DNA from: Octopus sinensis | Lineage: Eukaryota | Direction: 5' to 3' | Length of the DNA stretch: 64,000 nucleotides | NCBI RefSeq assembly: GCF_006345805.1 | Contig: NC_043002.1 | Span: 91,822,001 to 91,886,000 of the forward strand | Shown: piece after piece, positions 12,486 through 25,517 of the stretch | Position numbering within the stretch: position 1 is the first letter of the stretch | Layout of the letters: every line of letters starts with the position of its first letter | The notes under the pieces: model-generated | What the model was told of the DNA's origin: nothing | What the model saw: the letters and a program-made list of their open reading frames with translations, nothing else | Database searches by the model: none | Position numbers and translations under genes: made by a program

Positions 12486-12507
12486 ATGATGATGATGATG
12501 ATGATGT

Positions 12508-12545
<38 letters not shown>

Positions 12546-12546
12546 T

Positions 12547-12577
<31 letters not shown>

Positions 12578-12651
12578 GATGATGATGATGATGATGATGA
12601 TGATGACGATGATGGTGACGATGACGACGACGACGACGATGACGATGACGA
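12486..12651. repeat. (ATG)n to (ACG)n trinucleotide microsatellite
   Basis: Directly visible; produces poly-M/S/I ORFs. Confidence 0.95.
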
Positions 12652-13460
12652 TACGGGAAACCGACGATATTCTGGGATTACGAATTTCCGACTTGAGTAT
12701 GACCGACTGGATATGGTCGTATTGAACACCAAAAACAAATGCTAACAGATCATTGACGTGGCCATACAACGTCAATCATCTGACAATGATTTGACAGATG
12801 AATGACATCTGCGTAACAAAGTAATGTCATAGTAATAATAAAGTAGCGAGCTGGCAGAATCTTTAGCACACCGGGCAATTTTGTCCGTCTTTACTTCTTG
12901 AGTTCAGTTTCCACCGAGGTTGACTTTGCTTTTCCACCTTTCGGGGTCGATATACTAAGTACCAGTTTAGCGCTGGGGTAGGTGTAATCGACTTAATCCC
13001 GTTCCTGAAATTGCTGGTCTTGGGCCAAAATTTTGAAATCCTTTCTACTATAGATACAAGGCCTGAAAATTTGTGGAGAGAAGTTAATCGATCACATAGA
13101 TCCTGTGCTCAACTGGTAATTATTTTGTCGACTCTGACACGATGAAAGGCGAAGTCGACCTCGGTGTAATTTGAACTCAGAGCGTAAAGACAGGCAAAAT
13201 GCGTTATTTTTCCCGGTGTGTTAACTATTCTGCCAGCTCACCGCCTTAGCCTCAATAATTATGGTTTCAAATTTTAATACGAGGTCAACAATTCTGAGAG
13301 GAGGGAGAAGTTTAATACATCAGAACTTGACAGGTATATTATTTTATCGACCTCGAAAGGATAAAAGGTAAAGTCGACTTCGGTGGTATTTAAATTCAGA
13401 ATGTAAAGGGCCGGAAAAGTGACCGCTACGCATTTTCTCCGACACTTTAGCGATTCTGCC

Positions 13461-13820
13461 AATTTTGAGCTGGCAGTGGTAGTCCAATAATTTTGAGCTG
13501 GTGCGGGTAGTCAGTAATTTTGAGCTGGCGGTGATAGTCCAATAATTTTGAGCTGGTGCTGGTAGTCAGTAATTTTGAGCTGGCGGTGGTAGTCCAGTAA
13601 TTTTGAGCTGGTGCTGGTAGTCAGTAATTTTGAGCTGGCGGTGGTAGTCCAGTAATTTTGAGCTGGTGCTGGTGCTGGTAGTCAGTAATTTTGAGCTGGC
13701 GGTGGTAGTCCAGTAATTTTGAGCTGGTGCTGGTAGTCAGTAATTTTGAGCTGGTGCTGGTAGTCAGTAATTTTAAGCTGACGGTGGTAGTCCAGTAATT
13801 TTGAGCTGGCGGTGGTAGTC
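13461..13820. repeat. 27/28-bp minisatellite, 13 units, mostly alternating A/B variants
   Basis: A = AATTTTGAGCTGGCGGTGGTAGTCCAGT, B = AATTTTGAGCTGGTGCTGGTAGTCAGT. Confidence 0.95.
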
Positions 13821-13976
13821 GATCACATAAATCCTAATACTTAACTAATACTTAATTTTATTCATCTCGAATATTTGAAATAGAAAGTTGACATTGGCAG
13901 AAATCGAAATCCATTTGTAAAGAGCTGGAAAAATTATACCAGATTTTCACAAGGAAATAAAAGATTTATTAGCCTC

Positions 13977-14470
13977 AGGTAATATTTATCCCCACTTAAA
14001 CATGGATGTTCTGTTAGAACAAGCTATACTGCGATGGTTAACATGAAAGAAACTCTCATATTGGCTTTTTGGATAAATCCCCACATCCTCCTGCACCGAG
14101 ACGACCAGAACACGGGATTTCGACCTTGCTTAGTCTTATCAATTATGGACACTCGACCGCTAGAGGCAGCAGCAATTCATCTCCTCGCCAGTGATATATA
14201 TATATATATATATATATGATGCTTTCTTCCAAGGAATCTAATGCTCTTAGCTTAGTTTTTCCTTGGGGCTGGCCAGATTGGAGCAATCTCAAGATTAATC
14301 AGCCGAAATTACGAGGATGATCCGGTTCTTGACTGAGGATAGAAAGCTTCGAATTACCCGTCCTTGTTTTTTATTTGTATCGTCTATCTGGATGTTTTGT
14401 TGTCGCTTTTTGTATCACCTAGTTGTCCGGATGTTTTACGTTCTTGTCCCATTTTGTATTATATATATAT

Positions 14471-14502
<32 letters not shown>

Positions 14503-14706
14503 AATGAAGGAGGCTAGATTATAGGGTCACCCTGGGTTTCTCGCCTTACGGCGTAGCTTCAGCCTCTATTCGTAGCAACTGCTACTTATCTTATATCGCC
14601 ATTATCCACTTAGCTTGTTAAAAAATAAATATATATTTGTGACAGACGCAGTATTAATATAGAGAGGTAATATTTATCCCCACTTAAATGTGAATGTTCT
14701 GTTAGA
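13977..14706. repeat. Segment bounded by about 42-bp direct repeats, with decayed hammerhead-like motifs inside
   Basis: AGGTAATATTTATCCCCACTTAAA...ATGTTCTGTTAGA at 13977-14018 and 14665-14706. Confidence 0.6.
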
Positions 14707-15699
14707 TACCACGAGAGAAGCAGGAGAATAATACGAGATCTGGAGGACTAGGCGCTGTCGGTAGTGGGGATTTATCTCCCCACTAGCGATATAAACGCGA
14801 GTGCATTTTGCGACAAAAAGCCAATATGACAGTTTATCTCATGGGATCTACCACAGGGCAGTTTGCTCGAATAGAACACCCACGTTTAAGGGGAGATAAA
14901 CATTACCCCTTGGAAATAACGTGCACTCTAAAATGTCGACCAAAAGTATTATCCGACTTCAATTTATGTTATATCTCTGTCTTGTGTGAAACAAATTTAT
15001 TTAATTACACTTCATTATCATCATCGTTTCAGTAACATTTGTGAGAAAAGGCATGAATAGCACATCATCAATTATTGTGTATAATTAATCAATTGTAATT
15101 ACGATTATTTAACCAGTTTTAGTGAACCTATTGACTTTGCTACAGATGTTTATTTAGTGCTCTCGTTTAGTTTAGACATCAAAAATTAGACCATGCTGAA
15201 AAACTGGATGAGGTAGGATTTATTAGAATTTTGTGCACAATATCTCTGAAATGGTAAGCTAATCCTTATGGAAATGGAATCAGATGTCGATGTAGGTATA
15301 GCAGAAGCAATGTACCAGTTAAGAAGTTTGAATTATTAATTATTGACAATCTAACTATTCGATCAGATTTTGATTTCTTGCTTAAATAATCGATAACTTA
15401 AAATAACCGATTCATAGAGATTGGGAGATTGCACGGCATCCTACCACATTGAAAAAGTATGAAAAATACAAGTAAAATTTTATCACCATATTTGTGAGTA
15501 GAAATCGTTGTTTCGGATTTAGTTGCTTGGAAGCTTGTGTTTTTATTTAAGCAAAGACAATCAGTTGTATCTTTCATCTTTTAGCTTCTATTTTTTTCAG
15601 TCATCGGGCTGGAGCACCCCCTTGAACGGGTTTAGTCGAACGTAATGATTCCCCGTACTTACGTTTTGAACTTGTCAATGAAGTCACATGTTATATTTC

Positions 15700-16405
15700 T
15701 TTTATTTTTTTTTGCAAATAAGCAACTCTCTGTATTAATTTTTACGGTTCATAGAATCATAGTCAAGGTGACTTCGTCATTCATACGTGCCATCCTTGCT
15801 ACATTCACCCATCTTTTTTTAAAACATTCACTAGACAAAACTTGCCTCTCTACTCTCACTTTCCTCTTCAAGTGGTACTTGAAGAAGTTGATGAGAGATT
15901 GACCAGAGAGGAAAGTGTTTGTCTCTAATCCTTTCAGGCGCGTCCACCAGATGCATTCTTTCGCCATAGACACAAGTATGATAAAAATAGCTCTTCCTTC
16001 CCGTTTGAAGGAAGGAGGCGTGACGATATTAACGATAGACTCGGCTGATAAACCGACACGTCCCACACGTGACAGCAGTCGTTCGACATAAGCCCACAGG
16101 TCGGAGATTGTTGGACACTGCACGATTGCGTGCAGAGTGGTTTCGTCGCTCTGCCCGCATATCGGGCAGGTCGGCCCCGTGTTTCTCGAGCCATGCCTAT
16201 AGAGCTTATCCCGAACGGGTAGCGCTTCTCGGTAGCACCGCCAGGCCAGGGATCTCTGGAAGTTGTCCATAGGTCCCGGCCCGAAAGTCGTTTCAAACAG
16301 GCGGGTCAGGTATTCCTCGTCGACGCCCAGGTTTGCCCCAAGATCGTCGTCGTACCTCTCCTCCACTAATCCCCTATAGAATGCTTTGGTTGTGTTGAAG
16401 TCACT
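15700..16405 (-). mobile_element. 5'-truncated L1/Tx1-clade LINE, ORF2 C-terminus with zinc-binding motif
   Basis: ORF 15749-16366: LAWRCYREALPVRDKL...CPICGQSDETTLHAIVQCP (CX2CX7HX4C) ...FKKRW; A-rich end near 15690-15715. Confidence 0.8.
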
Positions 16406-16407
16406 CA

Positions 16408-16538
<131 letters not shown>

Positions 16539-16623
16539 GCACCATATCTTTAGCCAGGTGGGGTTATTAAGTTAGTCATGGCCTGGGCCAACACTGGCCA
16601 AAACCTTTCTAAATTATTCTAAG

Positions 16624-16663
<40 letters not shown>

Positions 16664-16966
16664 GAAGGTTTTCTGTCAGTCTCTGCCAATTAAATCCACT
16701 CTCAAGATTTTGGTCGGCTGGGGACAATAGCAGAAGGCTCTTGCCCAAGGTGCCATGCAGAGGGACTGAATCCGTTATTAAGGCAAATACACAAATACAC
16801 TCAGCTATGCAGCTAAATACTTCATAGGATTTCCCTCTGCTTTATATGAACGCTTATTTTGTTGTAATTTTCTTTCATTACTCTGATATTTTGGTTTTGT
16901 ATTATTTTGCCATTGCTATAATCGTTTGGTTTTTTTTTTAGATAGCTTGTTATTGTTGTTATGATG

Positions 16967-17006
<40 letters not shown>

Positions 17007-17588
17007 TTCATTAGCACTCAAAGTGGGGTTGAAATCGATTTTCATTTTCTCGAAAGAAAGAAATTTAAACTTGTCTCGAAGCTATTTACACAAATATCTC
17101 TTGTATTCAACAATGTCATTTGAGAATTTAGACTTGTTAAAATTCCGTGAGATTTCTCATGTAATTAGTGCTGCAGACAATGCTTTCAAAACATCAAAAC
17201 AGACAGTGGATTCTCTTGCAAAACACTTTAATAATTTTAAAGGTTTGCCACAACAACATTCATTCATTCATTCATTTGTTCAATCGTTCTATCAAGATTT
17301 TTATTTATATGTTTTTATTTTTATTTTATTCTGTGCTAGCTTCTTTGTGTATTTTGAGGATTATTTGACGATCTATATGAACCGGGTGTACACATGTAAG
17401 GAGGCGTGTAAGTGTTATTAGCTACATGAGTGGTAACTATACGACTCCACTCGCGCGCTCGTTTGTGCGTATATGTATATTGTGTTAAAAATGCAAATCC
17501 TTGATGAATTTGGTAAAGGACGATAATTCTTCAACGTTCGTCAAAAATCATTATTAAACTGTAGAGGCGAAAGGAAGAAGAAGTAGGA

Positions 17589-17621
<33 letters not shown>

Positions 17622-17655
17622 CATGACTATCATCATTATCATCATCATTATCATA

Positions 17656-17696
<41 letters not shown>

Positions 17697-18389
17697 TAAT
17701 AATAATAATAATAATAATAGATGCTGATTTTTAATTGCCAAAACTGCTTATCGCGATATTTCAACTGAGTATACTAAAAATTACTCTTTAATCTTTACTC
17801 TTTTACTTGTTTCAGTCATTTGACTGTGACCATGCTAGAGCACCGCCTTTTCGTCGAGCAAATCGACCCCATGACTTATTTTTTGTAAGCCTAGTACTTA
17901 TCGGTCTCTTTTGCCGAACCGCTAAGTTACGGGACGTAAACACACCAGCATCAGCTGTCAAGCGATGCTGGGGGACACACAGACATACAAACATACACAC
18001 ATATACGCACACACAAACACACACACACACACACACACACGCACGCACACACGCACACACACATATATATATATCAATATATATATTATATATATATATA
18101 TATATAGATATATATATATATATACGCGGGCTTCTTTCAGTTCCGTCAACCAAATCCACTCACAAGGCTTGTGGTGTTCTCATAAATATATTTCGATGTA
18201 TTCCGATGTAAAGTCGCATACGACAACATCGACTTTGCACTCACTTATTTAGGCTAAGAAGAAAAGTTAAGTATAAATATAAATCCAAATGGTAGCTCTT
18301 ATGTTCCAATGTGTTTTCTTATGTGAATTATTAACACTTTTTACTCGAAACACCAACTGCCAACACTCCTTGGTTGTGATGCCATAACT

Positions 18390-18712
18390 GGTGCACCGTC
18401 GATTACGACGATGAGAGTTCCAGTAGATGCGATCAACGGGACAGCCTGCTCGTGAAATTAAATGCAAGTTACGCGTACCTTACCAGATACCCGTACCCTT
18501 AACATAGTCCCCAGGGAATTTAGCGTGACGCATAATGTGACAAGGCCGGCCCTTTTGAAATACAGGTACATCTCATTTCTGCCAGCGTGGACTGGAGCAA
18601 CGGAATAATAAAGTGTCTTGCTCAAGGACACAACGCGTCGCCGGGAATCGAACTCACGACCTAACGATTGGGACCCGCGAATACTTTAGCCACTAAGCCC
18701 CGCCCACGCCCC
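18390..18712 (-). mobile_element. tRNA-headed SINE (head GGGGCGTGGCTTAGTGG) with tail module a; duplicate at 20255-20570
   Basis: B-box GAGTTCGATTCC, TCCTTGAGCAAGACACTT block, tail shared with 25029-25395 and 39995-40310. Confidence 0.8.
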
Positions 18713-19627
18713 ATACTATATAACAAACATGACTGTTAATCCCTAAACATTTATTCTCCCTCGTGTTTTTTTTTTTTTCTAGCTCTCCATTTTTTTACTC
18801 TTAATCCTTTCTCTCGAATGGCGTAGGCTCGAAACACCAAAGACTTTTCCATTCTCCCAGAGCGGTAATCTAATTACCTGCTTTTTTTTTGTTCCTTCAT
18901 CTGTCTTCGTTTTTTTTTTTGCTTTCTACAAATTTGAACTATGCGCTAATATAGCAGTATCAGAAAATATAATTAAATAGTCGATGTCATAATCGTCATG
19001 TAACTGGTATAATTTTCCTTGGCTTGTACTCGAGTGAGTTTTAATCAAACGTGGTTGCTAAAAGACAATTGATAACTTCCTAGTTTCTCTATCCACTTTG
19101 ATCTGATGCTTGCATAAGGACGTAAGCGACAGGTAATCTGGTTATTATAACATTGTTCTTCGAAAAGCAATCACGATTCCTCTTACTTAATATTTTCTTG
19201 CAACGTCTTGTTTCTTATCTTTGTTTTCCCCTAATTTTTTTCTTTCGTTTTTCTTTTGGCTTGAGAAATTCAAAGGCAGCATCGTTTTATCTGTGTGGTG
19301 CTCTTATCATTTTTAAACACAAAGTCCCAAAACTTCTGATAAAACTTTCAGTAGAAATACTGACCGGCATTAACATAGATAGATGCTTTGTATCTTATCT
19401 GAACGAAGATAAAACACTAAGAAATATGAGCTTGTAACTCTGGTTTACATCACTTTGAAGCAGTTTTATTTTGCAATTATTTGTATACAGAATTTGTCGC
19501 CCGGGAACAAAACGATAATCTACATGTCCAGGTTTTATATACTGATCTGTGAAGCAACTTAAAGTCATTTATTTGTTTTGAAGAATCTCATTGAGGCAGA
19601 GAGGTACTTTACGTAAATACTTGCTTG

Positions 19628-19659
<32 letters not shown>

Positions 19660-19837
19660 TCTCTTCTCTTCTCTCTCTCTCTCTCTCTCTCTCGCTATTA
19701 CAAATATATATAATATATATATTTATTTTTTTTATAAAAAAACGGTAAGACAACCAAAGAAAGAAAGAGGACCTCGATACTTTGTAAATAGAGGAATTTA
19801 TCTGTAAATCTAATATGTGATAATTATTCGGTAGCCA

Positions 19838-19900
19838 TTATAAAAACTCCGAGTTTCGAATGTCGAGGTGGAAATCCACGCCGCCATCTCTTCAGTTATA
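19838..19900 (-). ncRNA. Type I hammerhead ribozyme-like motif (duplicate of 21685-21743, with an extra U at the cleavage junction)
   Basis: CUGAAGA...GAAA CUCGGAG UUU; same family as 21685-21743. Confidence 0.5.
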
Positions 19901-21477
19901 TTTTGTCTTAATAACGGTTAATCACACAAGTAATTTCCCTTTGTTAACGGTCAGTTTTCATAGCATTATATAATATATATATATATATATATACGACGGG
20001 CTTCTTCAGTTTCCGTCAACCAAATCCACTCACAAGGCTTGTGGGTTATCATAAATATATTTCGATGTATTCCGATGTAAAGTCGCATACGACAACATCG
20101 ACTTTGCACTCACTTTATGGCTAAAAGAAGTAAGTTATAAATATAAATCCAAATGGTAGCTCTTAATGTTCCAATGTGTTTTCTTATGTGAATTATTAAC
20201 ACTTTTTACTCGAAACACCAACTGCCAACACTCCTTGGTTGTGATGCCATAACTGGTGCACCGTCGATTACGACGATGAGAGTTCCAGTAGATGCGATCA
20301 ACGGGACAGCCTGCTCGTGAAATTAACATGCAAGTTACGCGTACCCTTACCAGATACCCGTACCCTTAACATAGTCCCCAGGGAATTTAGCGTGACGCAT
20401 AATGTGACAAGGCCGGCCCTTTTGAAATACAGGTACATCTCATTTCTGCCAGCGTGGACTGGAGCAACGTGGAATAAAGTGTCTTGCTCAAGGACACAAC
20501 GCGTCGCCGGGAATCGAACTCACGACCTAACGATTGGGACCCGAATACTTTAGCCACTAAGCCACGCCCCATACTATATAACAAACATGACTGTTAATCC
20601 CTAAACATTTATTCTCCCTCGGTTTTTTTTCCTTCGCTCTCCATTTTTTTACTCTTAATCCTTTCTCTCGAATGGCGTAGGCTCGAAACACCAAAGACTT
20701 TTCCATTCTCCCAGAGCGTTAATCTAATATACCTGCTTTTTGTTCCTTCATCTGTCTTCGTTTTTTTTTTTGCTTTCTACAAATTTGAACTATGCGCTAA
20801 TATAGCAGTATCAGAAAATATAATTAAATAGTCGATGTCATAATCGTCATGTAACTGGTATAATTTTCCTTGGCTTGTTTACTCGAGTGAGTTTTTATCA
20901 AACGTGGTTGCTAAAAGACAATTGATAACTTCCTAGTTCTCTATCCACTTTGATCTGATGCTTGCATAAGGACGTAAGCGACAGGTATCTGGTTATTATA
21001 ACATTGTTCTTTCGAACAGCAATCACGATTCCTCTTACTTAATATTTTCTTGCAACGTCTTGTTTCTTATCTTTGTTTTCCCCTAATTTTTTTTCTTTCT
21101 GTTTTTCTTTTGGCTTGAGAAATTCAAAGGCAGCATCGTTTTATCTGTGTGGTGCTCTTATCATTTTTAAACACAAAGTCCCAAAACTTCTGATAAAACT
21201 TTCAGTAGAAATACTGACCGGCATTAACATAGATAGATGCTTTGTAACTTATCTGAACGAAGATAAAACACTAAGAAATATGAGCTTGTAACTCTGGGTT
21301 ACATCACTTTGAAGCATTTTTATTTTGCAATTATTTGTATACAGAATTTGTCGCCCGGAACAAAACGATACTCTACATGTCCAGGTTTTATTACTGATCT
21401 GTAAAGCACTTAAATCATTTATTTGTTTTGAAGAATCTCATTGAGGCAGAGAGGTACTTTACGTAAATACTTTGCTT

Positions 21478-21545
<68 letters not shown>

Positions 21546-21684
21546 ATACAATATATATATATATATATATTTATTTTTTTTATAAAAACGGTAAGACAAC
21601 CAAAGAAAGAAAGAGACCTCGATACTTTGTAAATAGAGGAATTTATCTGTAAATCTAATATGTGATAATTATTCGGTAGCCATG

Positions 21685-21743
21685 ATAAAACTCCGAGTTT
21701 CGAATGTCGAGGTGGAAATCCACGCCGCCATCTCTTCAGTTAT
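21685..21743 (-). ncRNA. Type I hammerhead ribozyme-like motif in a short pLTR-like repeat (about 21585-21815)
   Basis: ATAA-CUGAAGA-stem II (GAUGGCGG...GUGG/CCAC...CAUUC)-GAAA-CUC G GAG-UU-TTAT; stem I 4 bp, cleavage triplet GUU. Confidence 0.6.
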
Positions 21744-22721
21744 ATTTTGTCTTAATAACGGTTAATCACACAGTAATTTCCCTTTGTATAACGGTCAGTT
21801 TTCATAGCATTTATAAATATATTATATATATATACATTCTCTCTCTCTTTTCCTCTCTCTGTTTTTCTCTTCTTTCTTCTCTCTCCTTTTCTCCCTCTCG
21901 CTTCTATTCTTGTGGAATTTCAATTTGTAGTCTTGCTAACTTTGTATTACTGTTGCTGGAATTAAGAATGTCTACGAAGCTCATTTTTGCTCACGAAGAC
22001 TTAATACAAAAACGATTTAGAGATTATCGCTCCACAAAACATACAACAACTTAAAACTGACCATGCCACCCCACCCTAAATACAAGACTTGCACTTTTGA
22101 GGAAGAGTATCAAATAAAATTTTAATTTGTAACACTTTACTAAACGCATTGTCCAATCACTTCTGTCCATAACACATCCAGCTTATCAAATCTGGATTTT
22201 TATTCACATATTGAATTAGATCAACATTCTACTTGTTTCTTTTCACAATCGATATAGAGTCAACATAAGAGAGATGGAACTACATCCAACACCTTAGAGA
22301 AACCAGTTTCTAACGTTATAGTTTTATATATTCGAACGGAGATAAATCCAGAATGTTCAATCCGGTTTTAGAGTTTAAACTAAATCGTTTCCAGAATTAA
22401 TCTTGCTCTGTTCGCTAGTCAGATTCTTTCTCCAATCTCTCATTTAGTGTTGCCATAGAATAACAGGGAAATAACGATAGAAGAGAATGAAGTGGAGGGG
22501 GTCGAACGGGTGGAGGAACGAGAAAGGAGAGAACTAAACTACAATCGCGCATCAGCGTGAACATCAACAACAAAAATTATAAAATGATTATAACAACAAA
22601 ATGTAAGACGACAACGCAATGGATGCGAACACCGTCGACAGCCTCGCCACTTCGGTGCAGAGGCACTGTTATCTACTTATTGATTGCCTTGTGTGGGAAA
22701 TTGAAAAATCTGCCCACATCT

Positions 22722-22847
22722 TACAGTTAATTGGATGTTTTAATATTGGCCCTGTTCAGCTGTCTTTTGAACGATACAGCGAAAGTGAGGAAAGAAGAGG
22801 GTTTGGCAATGCGTGCTGGCATTCAGCAGTGTCTGCTAGACAAGTTG

Positions 22848-22850
<3 letters not shown>
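22722..22850 (-). other. Candidate non-coding exon next to a (GA)n tract
   Basis: Complex-sequence island, possible donor AACT|GTAAGA near 22722; no coding support. Confidence 0.15.
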
Positions 22851-22906
<56 letters not shown>

Positions 22907-23084
22907 TCTCTCTCTCTCTCTCCCGCTCTCTCTCTCTCTCTCTCTCACACACCACACACACCACACACAGCACATATATTTATATGTGTGCATTTGTGAG
23001 TGCATATGTGTGTATGCATGTGCACATATCCCTAAAGAAAATTGAACAAAAAGACTCGACTTACACACATGCGCACAGGTACGC

Positions 23085-23117
<33 letters not shown>

Positions 23118-23739
23118 ATATTATATATATATATATATATAATATATATACACATATATTGATCTACAACTGATATTTAAATATACACATATATAATATA
23201 TGTGTGTGTGTTTATACACACACATTATATATACAAATGCACAAATAGGCGAGTGTGTATATATATATAGAGAGAGAGAGCAAAGTGGCATATAGGGTGA
23301 GAGAGAGAGAGATAAAAAAGAGAAAATGAACACGAAGGACATACGCATGCATGCATTTGAACATTTATGTGTGACATACACATATATAAACACACCACAC
23401 ACACACACAAACACACACACACTCACACATACACCCATCACGCACCCACGCATCCATACAAACACACAGACACACGAGTCACACACAACCGTTAATGCCA
23501 GTATGTTTGCGGATGAATGTGTAAAGATGCATAAACGCTGCGCATATTTATCTGCAAATATTATGGAAGTGTGTATGTGTGCGTGTGTGTGTGTGTGTGT
23601 GTGCGTGTGTCTGTGTGTGCGTGTGTGTGTGTTTAGTAATAGCGGTGGGGGAGATTGTGAGCAAGCGTGGTTTAATTCCTCCGTGTATTTAAGTATTTCA
23701 CTGCGCGTTTTCACGTAGATCCGTATTGAATCTATTTAT

Positions 23740-24320
23740 ATGTTTGATGTCTGTGTGTGTATATATATGTGCGTTTGTGTGCTTTTGTGTGAATGTCTGC
23801 GTTTAATATATACGCGAGTGTGTGTGTGTGAATGCTTGTTGAGATGGCATTTCAATGAAATCTTTGGAAATACATAAACATATATATATATATATATATA
23901 ATGCATATATATATTTATATATATATATACATATATGTATGTATACATATATATACATATATGTATGTATGTATATATATCTATATATATATACATATAT
24001 ATATACATATATATATATATACATACATATATATACATGCATATATATATATACATACATATATATACATGCATATATATATATATATGCATATATAAAT
24101 ACTCATACATATATATATACATATATATATATGTATATATGTGTGTGCATGTATTTGTATACATACATGTATTAAATATATACACATATATCCATATATG
24201 TTACATATATATATATATATATTATGTATATAAATATATATTCGTATATACATACTTACATATATACATACATCACGCATACATACATACACTGTGCGTA
24301 CATATGCGCATATATATATA
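23740..24320. repeat. Compound (TA)n/(TACA)n microsatellite
   Basis: Directly visible. Confidence 0.9.
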
Positions 24321-24963
24321 TGTGAAGGCTTGTTTTATGTGCTTCGTATATGTGCATACCGAACGTACGTTGCTACAATTAAATATATGTGTATGAAGAA
24401 AAGCTGTCGAAATATCTCTAGGGAAATATGACAGCGAGGCAAGTTTTAATTTTGAATTATAGAATATCACGAGAGTTATTTACGTGGAGCCCGTAGATGG
24501 CAAATTCTTCCACAATAATGCGATTTCCAACAAATAAATTTCTTCTCATTTTAGCAGTCAGGTATATAATGAATCAATAAAGCACTCCTACATATACATA
24601 CCTACTTACATTGTATGTGTGTTTATATAAAGCAATGCAAACTGACGATTATGCGCTGCGTGTGTTACTTTAAGTTTCATGTCTTGTTTAAGATTAAAAA
24701 TAGTGTGTGTTGTACTCCAGTGCCCAGCATGGAGAGATTTTGGAATTATGCAAACCCCTATCCACACAGGAAAATGTTCCACTTTGCTGCGTAGTGAAAG
24801 TAACTATAGTCATTTCTGCCATTACATATACATACCTGTACACTCATACACACACACACATAAATATGTACTAATACACATGCTTGTCGTTCATACACCT
24901 GTCGTCGTCTTTTGTTTTCTGTAATTTTCAACTATATATGTGTGTGTATAATAAATAAATATA

Positions 24964-25028
<65 letters not shown>

Positions 25029-25395
25029 GTGGAGGCGCAATGGCCCAGTGGTTAGGGCAGCGGACTCGCGGTCGTAGGATCGCGGTTTCGATTCCCAGAC
25101 CGGGCGTTGTGAGTGTTTATTGAGCGAAAACCCTAAAAGCTCCACGAGGCTCCGGCAGGATGGTGGTGATCCCTGCTGTACTCTTTCACCCAACTTTCTC
25201 TCACTCTTACTTCCTGTTTCTGTTGTACCTGTATTTCAAAGGGCCGGCCTTGTCACTCTCTGTGTCACGCTGAATATCCCCGAGAACTACGTTAGGGTAC
25301 ACGTGTCTGTGGAGTGCTCATCCACTTATACGTTAATTTCACGGTTGATCGAATCAACCGGTACCCTCGTCGTCGTAACCGACGGATTGCTCCAC
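25029..25395 (+). mobile_element. tRNA-headed SINE, family R (head GTGGAGGCGCAATGGCCCAGTGG) with tail module a, embedded in (TA)n
   Basis: A-box TGGCCCAGTGG, B-box-like GTTTCGATTCC; same head at 33724, 40957, 61666 and 63555. Confidence 0.85.
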
Positions 25396-25427
<32 letters not shown>

Positions 25428-25458
25428 ATATATATTACATATATATATATATATATTA

Positions 25459-25517
<59 letters not shown>

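Larger units (their letters stand above)
18123..21835. repeat. About 1.87-kb tandem duplication (18123-19991 and 19992-21835)
   Basis: Collinear near-identity across SINE fragments, unique sequence and microsatellites; differences are mostly 1-bp indels. Confidence 0.9.

Noticed and set aside
12354-12775. Poly-Met, poly-Ser and poly-Ile ORFs
   Set aside because: Products of an (ATG)n microsatellite with no flanking coding evidence.
13461-13820. CRISPR-like array (also 59900-60275)
   Set aside because: Head-to-tail units without unique spacers, eukaryotic context, no cas genes.
18805-18845. CUCUCGA..GCGUAGGCUCGAAACACC motif (also about 20660-20700)
   Set aside because: Hammerhead-like layout, but core, stem II and cleavage site are all broken; cannot be supported as a ribozyme.
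25029-25105. tRNA gene candidates (also other SINE heads)
   Set aside because: No proper cloverleaf or acceptor stem, and they continue into SINE bodies.
25029-25395. 6-bp terminal complementarity GTGGAG/CTCCAC with TA flanks suggesting a MITE
   Set aside because: The element is a tRNA-headed SINE; not seen in the other tail-a copy at 39995-40310, so probably coincidence.
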